Source of the DNA: Prorocentrum cordatum
Taxonomy: Eukaryota
Assembly: GCA_963575745.1 (NCBI GenBank)
Contig: CAUYUJ010000270.1
Coordinates: forward strand, 124,001-188,000
Direction: 5' to 3'
DNA: 64,000 nt
Of this stretch, positions 51,301 to 64,000 are shown one piece after another (position 1 is the stretch's first letter; each line of letters begins with the position of its first letter). The notes under the pieces are model-generated. The model saw only the letters and a program-made list of their open reading frames with translations, ran no database searches and was not told where the DNA came from. The translations under genes and the position numbers were made by a program.

Positions 51301-54300
51301 CTCACTACAGTTCCCAGGCCAACGGGGCGACTTTTCCATGGCGGGCAATGCAGAAATCACAGCGCGCGCGGGTGACGCGCGTCACACGCGCGCGCCCATC
51401 GGTCACCCTTGGGAGCTCACTCTAGCCTCCAGGGCGACATGGCGGCGATTCTCTTCTGAGAAAAACTACATACTATCTCCAATATCAAACCGGTCACCGC
51501 TCCTGGTTCACATCTGTTTCCAGGCCAACGTGACGACTGTTCTATTTTGAAAACGTTGAAGAAAAGCAGCTTCGCTTCAAATTCCAATCGGTCGCCGCTC
51601 AGGGTTCACTCTAGTGCCGAGCTGGCATGGCGACGCGACGATTGCGGGCCGGGCAGAACTCGCCACGCGCGCGCGGGTGACACGCGTCACGCGCGCGCGT
51701 CTGTCGGTCACCCTTCGGGGTTCACTGTAGTATCCGAGCCAACATGGCAACTTCTGCTCTGGCTCATTGGCTTGTTGGCATACTTACACCCCGACCAACG
51801 TTCCCACGTTCGTGGTTTTGGGAAAACTGAAATGGCGAGAATCCCGCGGCCCTGCCACACGCGCGTGACTTGGGGAAGCTGGCATGGTGAGAACCCCATG
51901 GCCGTGCCACACGTTCGTGACTTACGAAAGCCGAAATGGCGAGACCCCCATTGCCATGCCACGCAATTTGATGGCGCTGCGCGATGACATAAGAAGATCA
52001 CAACTTCCATTCGCAGTTTACCCCGCGATAGTCAAGATCGGCCTTGACGCCCCTCTCCCCCGACCGAATCTGAATTGGCCGGGGATAATCAACTGCCAAG
52101 GGCGAGGGGGGGTCTGATAAATTGTCCGAGGGGGTCGGTTAACTCCTCGGATTCGTCGCCCAAGTCGCGCTGCAGCAAAGTCACCGAGCATCGCGCCGGC
52201 AGGCGCGCTGGTTGGCGGCGCCGGCGCGGGTTCGCAGCAGCGACGCGGCGGTTTGCTCCGCCGCGCGCGCCAGGTGGAGCGCGCCCCTAAGCTTATGCGG
52301 CCACGGGGCCGCTGGCTGTTGGGCCCCCTGAGCCCCCCCGCTGCCCGAGGCGCTCGCCGAACGCTGGGGAGACGGCCGCGCGGCGGAGTTGCAGCGCAGG
52401 CGGTGCAACCGCAACCCCGCGCGGAGACCAAATCCCATTTTCGCGCTGTCGATGAGATCAAAGCCGTCGGGCCCCAGGGCCGCCCACACGGCAATGAGGA
52501 CTACCGGGGAGGGGCCAGCCGCGACCGCCAGGCAAGCGTCGTCGAGGCAAGGGCAAAGCCGGTCAGCAGAGAACTCCAGCCTCTGGGGCCCCAGCCAGTA
52601 GTCGGCGAGAGCCTCGCGTTGCGCCGCCGAGGGGCCAGCGGGGGAGAGACAGCCGCCTTGGTTAAGCCCCTGCTGCTTAGCAGTTTGTGGAGCGCGCCGC
52701 AAGCGCCCCTTCAGTGCTGGCCGACCGGGCCTCCGTGCCAGGTGGCCAGGGCAGCAGCCAGCGAAGGGTCGTCGCGCCACCGCTGTGGAGGCAGGTTGGC
52801 GCCCCCCTGTTTGAAAGGCAACCTTCAAATCTCAACTCCAGAAGGCGGCCGCGGGTCGGGCCCCCGCCTGCGCCTTGGCGCAGGTCGCTCCCTTCCCCCT
52901 CCCATCGCCGCGCTGGTGCTCGCCGGCGGCGGCCGCCATTTGTTGCCCCCTGCGGGCCCGGGCCGACGCCCGCGGGCCGCGCCGCGGCCAGGCCGAGCTC
53001 ACCAGCAGAACAGGGCGAAGTTCGCAGCGCCCCAGCCGGAAAAACTCGACGCCGACCCAAGGGACTGCATCGGAGAGGAGCTGCGAAGTCTCCCGGCTGG
53101 CCCCGCCCGAGTCCGAGCGGGTGCCCGGCGCGGCCAGGGCGGCAGAGTCCGTAGGGGCGCAGCCAGGGACCTTCATCAACGTCTCTGGCGTTCGCGGGGC
53201 GAGCTTCGCGTTGGCGACCGCCGTCGGCGATCGCCCTTCATCCCCTGAAGCGGCGAGAGTGCGGGCCCAGGCCGCTCGTTGTTTGCGGGTCGGCTCGCGG
53301 CCCCTCCTCGGGGCGGCCCCGCCGCCCCCGAGGGCAGCCCGCGGCCCGCCGCGCAACCGCGCGAGCCTTTTCCTCGACCGCCCCCCGCGCGCGACCGCCA
53401 CAGACGTCCTGGAAAAGAAGGGCATGTCCAAGAGCGGGGCCAACGCCCAATCTGTTTCGGCCTCCAGAGTCCAAGCTTGAAGACCTCAAACGCCCTGCGC
53501 CTCGCCTCCTGGAGGCCCCCCTGGGAACGGCCCAGGACCTGCATGAGCAGTTTTGAAAACATCCCCCCGGCGCAGCGTATCCCGCTGGGCGGCGTCGGGC
53601 AAGCGCTGCGCGTCCAAGGCTGGGCGCAGGGGCGCGGTGCACTGGCGAGCGCGGAGCGCGCTGGCGCCTTCCCCAGCGGCCGCGCCGTTCGAGGCAGCGA
53701 ACAGAGCTGCCTGGTCGGGGGCGGATTGCGCGCGCAACCGGGCCGCGTCAACGCCCCCCTGGGCGGCGCGGCCGAGGGGCTTGAACAGGCGGACGGACGG
53801 ACGGGCGGACAGATGGACGGACGGGCAGAGACGGACAGACCGACAGACAGACAGACAGACAGGCAAGAAGGCAGGCAGGCAAGCGGGCTGGCAGGCAGGC
53901 GGGGCCGGCAGGCACGCCAACAGGAAGGGAGAGGGCAAGAGGAGGAGGACGACGACGACGAAGCAAGCGGCGGGGCGCGCGCGCAGGGGGGCCAGGAGAG
54001 GCAGCGGGCGGCGGCCAGAGGGGGGCGGGCGGCAGGCATGGGGCGGCAGGGGAGGGCGACGCTGCAGGCGCGCGGCAGGCCGGCAGCGCGGGGCGCGCCG
54101 AGGGCGGCCGCAGTCTCGAGGCGCGCCGCGGGTTCCCCCCCCCCCCTCTCCCGCCCCCATCCCCGCCCCGCCCCCCCCCCCGCCCCGCCCACCCTCTGAC
54201 CCCCCACCCCACCCCCTTCTGCCCCCCCACCCCCCGCCCCCCCTGCATTGCCCCCCCCCCCCCTCCCCCCGCCTCCGCCCGCGACTCAAGACTGCCAGAA

Positions 54301-54975
54301 TCAGTCGCCAGCCCGTCGACCTCACTCCTGACCATCCCGTGCTGGAGACCCCCAACGTCTTATTTCTGGAATGCGCGAAGCTCTGGAGATCTCGATTGCC
54401 TTTTGTTTGCGCCGTGGCTATCTCTTTGCGAACCATGGGGCCCGAACAAGGCTCGTCGACCGCTCTGGCTTTTGTCAGGGCGCCGCCCCCTTCCCGCGCC
54501 CCCCCCCTCATGCCCGTGGAATCCCGAAGGCCGCGATGGCGACGAGGATGGCCGCCGCCGCCGCCCCCTGGCCCTCGGCGGGTTCCTATTGGCTCAACCC
54601 ATGGGCCCCCGGAGCTCTCGACGCTTCCCCCGCGGCCTGGGCGCTCTCGCGACGGTCTCGAGCCGGCGTTCTGGCCGAGGGCGCGCCTGCTAGCCCCGCC
54701 GCGCGCCCGCGCCCCCGGCGCCCGACCAAGTGCCCGCGTGGACCTGCCCGCCTGGCGCCTGCGCCGGATGGGGGCCGAGGAAAGGCAGCCATGGCGCCGC
54801 CCTCCGGGCCCCGGGCTGCCGAGGAGGCAGCGCGCGGGGAGCTCCTCGCGGCGCGCGCGGCCAGCGGCCTCGCGGCGGGCCACTCCAGCAATGGGGCGCG
54901 CCCCCGCGCGGGCCGCGGAGGGGCCTGGCCCGCGCGGCCGTCGCCGAGCTCCGCGGCGCCGCGGTGCACGCGCAC

Positions 54976-55165
54976 GAAGTCCGCTCATATCATCATTTCA
55001 TTCAGATCTACTGCTGCCGTCTCGGCACAGGCACTGGAAACAAGCGCGGCGCCGCCTGCCCGCGGCGCGTGGGAACAGGGGCCCCCGCCCTCTCCCTTGC
55101 CTTCCTCTACCTACGGCAACCCGCGTAGGTTCGAATCTCTGGTCGTCAATGTCAACCTACATGCA
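54976..55165 (+). repeat. Left LTR-like repeat (uninterrupted copy)
   Basis: gaag.ccgctcatatcatc...ctgctgccgtctcggc.cagg.actggaaaca...gcgccgcctgcccgcggcgc...ccctctc|cctt.cc.tcctctacctacggcaacc...gtaggttcga...ggtcgtcaat...acatgca. Confidence 0.8.
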
Positions 55166-56573
55166 AAAGTTACTGCCATATTATATTTCGCTCTCCGTTG
55201 CGACACCCCGCCTCGTCAGTGACTGAAGCGCGTCGCGCTGGACCCCGCGGGGGCCAGCGTCTTTACGCGCGCAGAGTCTCTGACGGAGCGCGGGCGCCAC
55301 TGCGCCGCGGAAAGGGCAATGGGGCCGGCCGTGCCGCCCCTCCCTTTCCGGCGGCGGCAATGCCGACGCGTTCGAGGCTGCGCTCGGAGACATCGTGGAT
55401 TCCGACGCGCCCCCCGCGCCGGCGCCCTTTCCCGCGCCCGGGTTCGGACGCGGAGCCCCGTCGACAACGCCGTCTCCTGGCGCCGCCTTTAGTTCGGGGC
55501 CCTCGCCCGTGGAAGCGCCCGCGGTTGCCCTCGAAGCCGCCGCCAGATTCGCCTCGCCTTCTTCTCTTTCAACCTTCGCTGGCGGAAACGCTCGCGGCGG
55601 TGGCGCCTGTGAAACGCCCCCCCGGAACGTTTCTGCGCGACGACGCCGCTGGGGCGCGCGGCGCCCCGCCCGAGGGCCCCGCCGCGGCTTCCGCCTCAGA
55701 ACATTCGCGAGCCATAGAAGATCGCGCTGGGCGGACCTCGCAGCGAAGAGCCCCCGAGCGGCACCGCATCCAGTCTCCAGATGGGGGCGGCAGCCGCAGC
55801 CTCTCCCAGCGGCGCCCGCAGCAGAATTCCCCGCGGCGCGACGTCGCGCCGCAATCGTCGCCCTCAGCCAGCGGCCCGGCAGAGCTCAGAGACCAAGTTG
55901 AAACTTGCACGACCCAATAGCTGTAGGGCCATGCTGCGCAGACAGCAACACCGAGGCAAAATCTCCACGACGCCCTTCCCCTCGTCGGCGCCCGGATCGC
56001 TGAAGATCGATCGAGCGTCGCGCAGGTCCTGCATCGAGCCGACCGCATGGAGTCGCACCGAGGTTCCCGCCCAACTGCAATTCAGACGCTCCGCGACTAC
56101 TTCGCGAGCGTCAGGGGCAAGGGCGCTGCTGCTGTCAGGGCGCAACGCGACGAGCTCCTGAGTTGCACGGCAAGCTGTGCTCTGCCGAGATTGCTATTGT
56201 TCAGCGAGTTGATGCAACAAAGTGGCGCGTGCCAGCGCTTGAGGACCGAGTCTCTACGGTCGAGCTACGGTCGAGCAACCGTTGCCTGACGTGCAGACTG
56301 CTCTGACTGAGTCTCATGTTGCACGGGCCCAGACTGGCCAGCTGGGCACCCCGACTTCGGTTTACGATTTCACCCCCCTCGCTGCCGGGATGGCCGAGGT
56401 GAGGAAGGCGGCGGGCCACGCGCAGATGCGACTCGCCCAGCTCTCCAAAGAAAGAAACGCTGGGAAGGGGAGGGCGGAGGAAGTCCTCGTCTGTTTGGAA
56501 CTACAGCGCGAAGCAAACAACCGACGATTCCAGGACATAGAACATCGGCTGGGCCGGTGCTCCCAGCGAGCAT

Positions 56574-57860
56574 ATGACACCCACCGCGAGGTACGTGGTC
56601 GACCAAAAAAGCGTCGAGGAGTTGCAGAGTGATCTCACGACCACCGACGACACCGTGAAGGCCCACGTTAGCGACGCCAAGAGCCATTGCCCTAATTCAC
56701 AACCTCCAGGACCCACCACAGACAGCGCCCCGACCCTCGCCGATGGAAACATCCGCGCAGGACAACCGCGACGGACGTCGCCGGGAGCTGCCCCTGCAGC
56801 AGCCTCAACGCAGACGCGCCGCGCATCTCCCGCGCGCGCGCCATCGCCGACGCCACCAATCCCGCCGCATAATATATCGCAATATTCTCTTGGTGGCACC
56901 AACAAGATCAAGGAATCAAGCGCTGCGTGTATCCCTCAACTGCCACGCATTACTCAGATACAGGAGTGGCAACATATGGTCCGGGAAAAATTCGGCAGCG
57001 CCTGCGGGCGCCCTGCCAGGGCGTGCACATTCCTCTGCGTTGCCGAACAATCTGGCGCTTCATTTAAGGACTTACAAGACAGTGGCGATTTCGAGGGCAT
57101 CGATTGCAAGCTCGCCGCTGGACTTTCGGCCGTTCGCAGTGCAAACCTCCGTTGCTGGATGAGAAACATCCGAGCTCAAGAACATACAGCAGGCCGCATG
57201 CTGAAAGGTAGACAGATCTATTGGGTTGTATTACAATCCTACAAGGTCATGGACGTCGACGACACAATGCGCGACTTCGAACTTCTCCTACTTATTCGCA
57301 TGCGGGACGACGATCTCCAACAAACCATTGTGGCCTTGGACAATCTACTCTTGTGATGCCGCGATCCACCGGACACGAAGATGCTCGAATCAATGCCCCG
57401 AGCTCAGATCCGCAAACATCCATGCATGACGCAAGACATGCACGACCACAGCAAAATGATGTCGAATGACCCCACTCGCATCTACGATTGGTTGCGAGAG
57501 CGCGTTTTGGCCAACGTCGAGATGCACCGACTCGAACGTAACCAGCATGACCTCAAACACGAGGCGACTCGTCACAAATTGACCGCATGCGCAGCGCACA
57601 AGGCAAGTCGTTGCACAAACGGCGAAAGGTGCAAACTGCTACATGCTGGTTCTGGCAACCGTTCCACGCCGGGGCCTCAAGGGCGCGCGTCGCAATCCAA
57701 CGTGGACGCCCGCGAGAAACGACCCTCCGCGGGACGAGGCGCGCAGCGGCCGCCCACAGACGGAGGCACCAAGAACTTCTGTTTCTCCATCGCAAACCAC
57801 GGCGCCTGCCCGCGACAATACCGGCGCATATGGCCTCACGTGGCAAAATGCAGCTTCTCT
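56574..57860 (+). pseudogene. Copia-type gag remnant
   Basis: PRITQIQEWQ...LQDSGDFEGIDCKLAAGL...MLKGRQI aligns by eye with the first element's gag (PDVTNIREWQ...LRHPGRFRRLDIMIAANL...LLTGREMI). Stop at 57354, then YDWL and Cys/His fingers. Confidence 0.75.
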
Positions 57861-59496
57861 GCCGACCCAGGCAAACACTTCGAGCAGAGCAACAGCTGCC
57901 GCCGCGCCCGCATCGCGTCTGACACCGAGACCCCCGAAAGGAGACCTAGCCGCACCGCAGTCAGGACCGCCGCAACAGGACGCCCTCCCCCGGACGTGCG
58001 GGGGGCAATCGACACTTCCCGCGCGGGGGGCACAGGGGCTCGCGGAGTCTGGGGGGCCGCAGGTGAATTTCTCAGGTTCCGCCCTCTCTTCCACCGCTTC
58101 GCCACGATGGGCCTGCCATGGGCGCTGCCCCCCCCCATCGGGCGCGGCGTCTTCCAGCGGCCCTGCTTCTGGAGACGCAAACTGGAGTGGCATCACTGCA
58201 ACAACTGCCGCGCCGATCGCGGCGGGAGCGCGGAGGCCGACTGCGCCGCCGCGCCTGCCGCAGGGCTCGCAGCACATGGCCAGCAGTCGCGTTCGGAGAA
58301 GCACCCGCAGGGCGCTCCCAAAGACGCGGTGGCGCTACAACCTCGAGCACTGCAGCGACAACACCTACAGCTACTGGTTGTGCCACCTGAAACACTGGAT
58401 CTAGATCGATGGGAATGATTGTGAAACTATGCTGCCTGATAAAATTGCGACTCGTACTATTGGACACTATGATAACCGTAGCAATCCTATTGGGGATCCG
58501 GCATACTGTGACCAACATATGTTTCGTTGTTTGATTTGTTGTTGATATGGTATCGTCAGGAATATGTTGGCAGTCGTGCCATCTTTCTTTCGATGCTCAT
58601 ATAACAACATATCGTTACCTATCTTTTGGCATGATGGTTGTAGACGTACCCTGGCAGGTCGCCCGCCATTCACACATGACATTTTTGGCGACATCGAGGG
58701 CGTCAGCGCACCCAGACAGGTCGCCCGTCGCAAATATTATCAGATCATACACTGCACTCCCTTTTCATGGGATGCCGGACACACAGAGAACGACCTATGC
58801 AAAGCATGATTCCCATGAAACTTCTTTGAATACCAGATTTGCACCGAATTGCCGATGGCCATCGCATAATTTCAGGGGGCCTGGAGTGCCTCACTCGTCA
58901 CGTTAACAGTACCAATTCTCTGATCAATCGTCGTAACAACTTTGATCGGAATACCAGCTTGATTTTGGGCCTGGAGTGCCCAGTGAATGATTATTCCTTT
59001 AGCATGCCTTGATCAGTTGTCGCCCCGACTTTGCTCACAACACTCTTTAATTTAGACTTTGGGTTGCTACGCACCCGCGCGATTTGAATTCTTCCGTACG
59101 CGATGAACTGTGCGCCGGTGGAAACGCCCGCGTTTGTTTTTTCGACTTGGCATCGTTTTCCACTTCTGTTATCCCTTGTTCTCCCGACCTCGTCACCCGT
59201 GGAGAAGGGGTGTCGCCCAGGAAAGTCGAAGCGTTTTGGGGGGCGCACCCTGGGCCCGCTAAAGGCAGGTAGACTCCCCCAAGTACCCTGCGTGACGTGG
59301 TTGGTCCCCTCTCTCTCTTTCCTAGCCATGACGGCCTCGTCTGGAAGTTGCATGGGATGCAATGATGTGCTGGACGGATCTAATACCTTTGATCCCGACC
59401 CCCGCCTCTGTCTCCCGTGGGCCCGAAGCCCACGTGGAACAGGCGGGATTAGGGACGGTGTCTGTGAAGCCCGCTCATATCATCTTTATATCCACT

Positions 59497-59534
<38 letters not shown>

Positions 59535-59623
59535 AACTGCTGCTGCCGTCTCGGCTCAGGTACTGGAAACAGGTAAAGCGCCGCCTGCCCGCGGCGCATA
59601 GGAAAGGGGATCGCTACCCTCTC

Positions 59624-59657
59624 TAGCCATTTTGGCTCAGCTCATGCGAGGCTCAAG
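59624..59657 (+). other. Genomic relict of the dinoflagellate spliced leader, plus a possible second degenerate relict
   Basis: TAGCCATTTTGGCTCAG equals the last 18 nt of DinoSL (DCCGTAGCCATTTTGGCTCAAG) minus one A. It is followed by ctcatgcgaGGCTCAAG. Confidence 0.9.
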
Positions 59658-59753
59658 CCCCAAGCAGTCAATAAACATCCCCTTCGTTCGTTGCATCTGC
59701 ACCATACTATGGGCCAGAAAGCAATGGGTTGAAACGTCGAGCAGCAAAGATGT

Positions 59754-60350
59754 TTGGAAAGGCGATGGCAATACAGACCAGAACCGCGACGGGAATGCAG
59801 AAAATTCGCAGAAATGATCGTAGAAAAGCTCGACGCGACATTGAATGACCAGTTTGATATAATCCGCCGGCCGGGCGAAATCGAGTCCCGCACCTTGCGC
59901 GCAGAAGTGCAGGCCAATCAATACTGTCAGCACCCTGTCCCAATTGAACCTATGGTAGCAATGCGCGGGACAATTTGGTATTTCGAGGTACCTAAATTTG
60001 AGTACATCGAGAAGGTTGTCGAAGTTCCCAAGGCTGTACTTGTAGAAAAGATCGCAGAGCAGGCACTTGTCATGCCAAGCGCTCGTGATAATGCAAGCAG
60101 TGGTGAAATGGGTCGAGACGGCGCCCCTTCTTGTGAGGCGAGTCGCGTATCTAGTGAAGATGAGACGATCAAGGAAGCGGAGGCCACAATTGACTGTCGA
60201 ATCTCGAGTATTCCGACAAAAGTCGATTTGTTCATCGATGCGAAGGACGAAACAAGTTACATAGGTCTGGTGATGGATACGTTTGGGAACCAAATTGTGA
60301 AATACAAACAGCACGAAGTCATCGAGGGTTGGAGTGGAGCAGCGTTATGA
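59754..60350 (+). pseudogene. Intronless retrocopy ORF with an alveolin/IMC-like EKxVEVP motif
   Basis: FEVPKFEYIEKVVEVPKAVLVEKI at ~59982-60053, downstream of the SL relict. An in-frame stop at 59730 precedes the ORF. Confidence 0.45.
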
Positions 60351-63300
60351 GTTCATGCATCGAGATTGTCTCTGGCGGAGTGTATGCGACAAATGTCACA
60401 GTGGGACTGGAGACCCGCTGAGCAAGACAGACGAGTTGTTGGAATCGATGTACAAATTACACAGTATATGGCCGAGGTGATGGGTTTCGCATGAGTGTAT
60501 GTGAGGCAAACGCGCCCCTTCTTTTTACAACGCTGCATGTTCAAACTCATGGGACGGATTGTACTAGTGGAGCCAATCGTAAACACTCGAGATCGTAAAG
60601 TAACCATGTGCTACGGCATCTGAGCTTCGGCGCTCCGGCGCCCCCGCCGAGCTCTTAGAGGGTCGCCCCCCGGGTTTCGCACATCCGCACCTGTCCTGTC
60701 CTGCCCCTTACCCTCCTCTACCTACGGCAACCATTGTAGGTTCGACTCTTCGGTCGTCAATTCACATGCACAGCGCCGCGTTGCCGAAACCGCCCGCGCA
60801 GGAGCCCCTGGCTGCGGCGTTCCCTCGGGGGCGCCGACGGCCTCGCGGGCGCGCGCGGCGCGGTGCGGGGCCCTCGGCAGGCGAGCAGAGCAAAGGCGGC
60901 GACATGCACGCGGAGCCGCCGAGGAGGGGTGGCGGCAGAGCGGCGGCACCTGACGCGCTGGCTGGGGGCCCAGGCGCGGCGGCGGCCGCAGGCGCTCTCG
61001 ATGCGGACGGCGACTTGGCATGCCTCGACGACGACGGCTGGGCCGACAGCCTGGTTCGCAGTCGGCCGCCCGATGGCATGGCGGGAGCTGCAGGTGCTGG
61101 GAGTGGTCCTGGTGCTGTGGCTGGCGGGGGGGCTGTGGAGCGCGCGGAGCTCATGCAGCGCCTCGTCCTGATCCTCGGTCGGTCCGTCGACGGCATCCCT
61201 GCGCAGTTCGCCTCGCGCCGATCGAGAAGCTGCGGACGTTCACGTCGCTCGGCGAGTCAGTGCGGGGCCAGGGGCGCGAGGAGGTGGTCCTCTTCAGCGG
61301 CTCCGTGGTGCTCGTGTGAGCCATTTTGATGGCCGCGTCCCCCTCCAGGCGGGTCCAGGCGCAAACGTCTCTTTCCCTCAGGGCTGTCCTACATAGCTTA
61401 CGATGGTCTTGGGGGTCCCCACGGATGCCGAAATCCCCCACCGCCGCAAGGCACCAAGTGGAGTGTCGGCAGGCCCCTTTCGAAACTCGGCATTGGGTGA
61501 TGCAAGAATGCGGGCCAGACCCCAGATTTCCGAATTTCTTGGGCGCTTCCCCACCTCCGACCATGGGTCCTAAGATGGTTCCAGGGGGGCGTCTGAGGGA
61601 TATGTGGGGGTCATCGCGGGCCATCCCGAGGGCTGGCCCAGAGGAACAACACCATGGACAAGCGATAGGTGTGCATGACTTGAACACCTCTTCGGTCTTC
61701 AGAGCGCCCAAGGCGGATACTCCCACGAGAGCTCCAGGATGGCCCCCAAGGACACCCGCCATCGCCCCGCCGCCAAGGAGCCCCGTGCCGCGGCGGGGGC
61801 CGCGGCCGCACCAGTTTCACCTGCTAGCCCCGCCTGTTGCCGCCGCGTCGTCGGCGCCGTCGGCCGCCGCCGCCGCCGTAGTCGTCGACGTCTTCGAGGC
61901 TGCCGCCGACGCCCCCATGGGGGGCAACGATAGGGGGGATTGGCTCAGGGAGGGGCCATCGAGTTGGGCCACGATGGGCCCCCGATGGCAGAACCGCGCG
62001 TTCCTGGGCGGGGTGGGCTATCGAGCCCCATGTCAGCGATGCGTGGGCGATTGGGGGTCGATGCATCCACCCCTGAGCTTGTCACCCCCTAACACTGCCC
62101 CTGAGCCCCGAGCCCCCGCCCCCCCCCCCCCGTGGCGCGACGCAGACGGAGGTCATGCGCACAAGCTCGACGCTCGCGCCCTCGGCGGCAGCGGTACCGC
62201 CGCCGCTGAGCGCACAGGGCGTGCGGCACCGCCCCCGCGGCAGGCGGCGTCGTAGTCGCCGCTGTCGGCGCCGCCGCCGCCGCTGCCAGCATCGTCATCG
62301 TCGACGTCGTCGTCGCCGAAAGTCGAGGATACCTGGGCGCCCTGGTGCCCCTTCGAGCCTCCAGGAATCCTCTCGCCGACACGGCTGGATTTGCCTCAAA
62401 ATCCAGATTAGAACGCACCGCAGAAGATGTCCAGGGGCTGCCGTTGTCGTCGCCGCCGCCGGCATCGGCGGTGGCGCTATAGCTGTCGTCGTCGTCGTCA
62501 TATCTCTCTCTCTCTCTCTCTTTCTCTGTCTCTCTCTCACTCTCTTTCTCGTTCCCGTTCTCTTTATGTTTACATGTATATAAATGTGCGTGTCTCTCTT
62601 TCTCTCTCTCCTTCTCTCTCTCTCTCTCCCTCTGTGTGTCTCTCTCTCTCTCTCTCTTCCTCTCTCTCCCAGAGACATAGAAGAGCAGATAAGCCACAAT
62701 ATTCAGGCTTGTTCGCACCCTCACATCTAGGCATTCACACGCAGGTCCACTCATACTCAGCCGCTCGTGTTTCAGACTCCCTCACATCCAAGCACACTTC
62801 ACTTCTGAACGCGCCAGACATTGATGCACATGTGGACCTCAGACCACTGGACCGCGCGCCGGGTCGGGCGCCTCCTCCTGCGTCAGCTTCCCCGACGCGA
62901 GGCGGCTCAGCGCGGCGAGGGTCTGCGGTCTCCTGGGGGGACGAGGGCACCGCCTAACCGTCCTGGGCTTCCCACGGATGAGGAATCAGGAGGAGCAGGG
63001 AAGAGGACGAGCAGGAGCAATCGAATCGAGACATCGCACAAAAAAAACACCGCGGCGGACAGTTGATCATCGGTTTCGGCATCCGAAGGCCGCTTCACGG
63101 CCCCAGGACCGTCAAAAACTATCCAGGATGAAGGGCTGGTCCCCGGGTGCGCGCCCACGTCACGGACACAAAATTGCGGGAAGGGCAGACAGAATGAGGC
63201 GCGTTGAGGCGGGGCGCCTGAAAACGTTCAGTCGGACGGCCCCACGGGGGACGGGGGGAGGGGTAGGTGACGGAGACTAAATCTCAAAGACCCGATCGCT

Positions 63301-64000
63301 AGTGCCGACGTTCGTGTTGCTTCCGCTCGGCCCGGCAGACGCCTCTCGTACACTTACCCCTGCCATCGTGCCCTTGCTCCTCCCGATCCGCATCATCGTC
63401 GTCATCAGGATCCTCTTCCCCCTCCCCATCCCGCAAGTTCCCCCAGTCGCGCTCACCAAATGCATATGTAGGTCGGGCCAAACGCTCCGTGCCATTGCAA
63501 CTTACGATCCTGCCTGCAAGTAAATGTTGCTCTCGGTTTTGCGCCGCGTGCGTTCGCATGGAGCGTCCAACCAGCCCTTTAGGCCGTAAGCGGTTGATCG
63601 TTATTCCAGCCCTTTTCTTCCTCGTCGGGGAAAGGGTTTCGGTTTCACCCCTCCCCCTTACCCCCCAGATCGAACATGGCCCATGGCGGTTCCAAAATGG
63701 CCCACATAGCGCAAGACGCCCAAGTAACATCGCACACATTGGCCCATCATGGCTCAATATACCATATCGTCTCCAACATGCCTCCAGGAGGCACCCAAAC
63801 TGCCCAAATATGTTTCGAAATTGACTGAAAACCTCCCAACGACGCCCCTGGCCGGCGACGCAGCTGCGGAAAAAACTCCGCGACGTGCGAAGCCAACCCG
63901 GTGCAGATAACTCCCTGTTTGCCGCGGGGTGTGTGGCGCTGGCCTGTCTCGGAGGCGGCAGCGCACAACTCGCGGCGGCGGGCTGTGCTTCGAAGTGGCA

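Larger units (their letters stand above)
54976..60770 (+). mobile_element. Degenerate gag-only LTR-like element bounded by diverged direct repeats
   Basis: Repeat at 54976-55165 recurs as 59466-59623 plus 60706-60770, both copies ending acatgca. A gag remnant lies between them. No pol or TSD recognised. Confidence 0.6.
59466..60770 (+). repeat. Right LTR-like repeat in two halves (59466-59623 and 60706-60770), with internal (TA)n expansion and a 1082-bp insert
   Basis: The two halves join to reproduce the left repeat at its 55094/55095 junction. Confidence 0.8.

Noticed and set aside
52000..55000. Overlapping 300-550-aa Arg/Pro/Gly/Ala-rich ORFs on both strands
   Set aside because: Expected from very high GC and low complexity; no recognisable motifs.
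55011..55150. tRNA gene suggested by GGTTCGAATC
   Set aside because: No acceptor, D or anticodon stems could be built; kept only as a motif note.
58400..59460. Lower-GC segment as a possible pol remnant of the gag-only element
   Set aside because: No PR, IN or RT motif found by eye; frames are short and interrupted by stops.

Overview
This is GC-rich, repeat-dense eukaryotic DNA. A relict spliced leader (SL) at 59624-59640 marks it as dinoflagellate; the genus cannot be fixed from sequence. No intact host gene is evident. The main components are: (1) 1-~18170 (-), a giant, frameshifted Ty1/copia retrotransposon that runs off the left edge. It reads gag-PR-IN-RT-RNaseH, followed by more than 6 kb of same-strand cargo encoding a C5 DNA methyltransferase-like, an SGNH hydrolase-like and an ADP-ribosyltransferase-like domain. 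About 19 co-varying GC triloop hairpins are spread along it. (2) ~27170-33060 (+), a decayed DIRS-type element with a methyltransferase domain nested between its RNase H motifs. (3) An intronless alpha-tubulin fragment split by a 179-bp palindromic MITE with an AATT target-site duplication. (4) A probable pogo/Fot1-type DD35D transposase relic broken by satellites. (5) 54976-60770, a gag-bearing LTR-like element whose right repeat is interrupted at a precise position by a 1.08-kb SL-headed retrocopy. The rest is microsatellites, satellites and dispersed composite repeats. All domain calls come from reading motifs by eye and need HMM or structure confirmation. Element boundaries are approximate.
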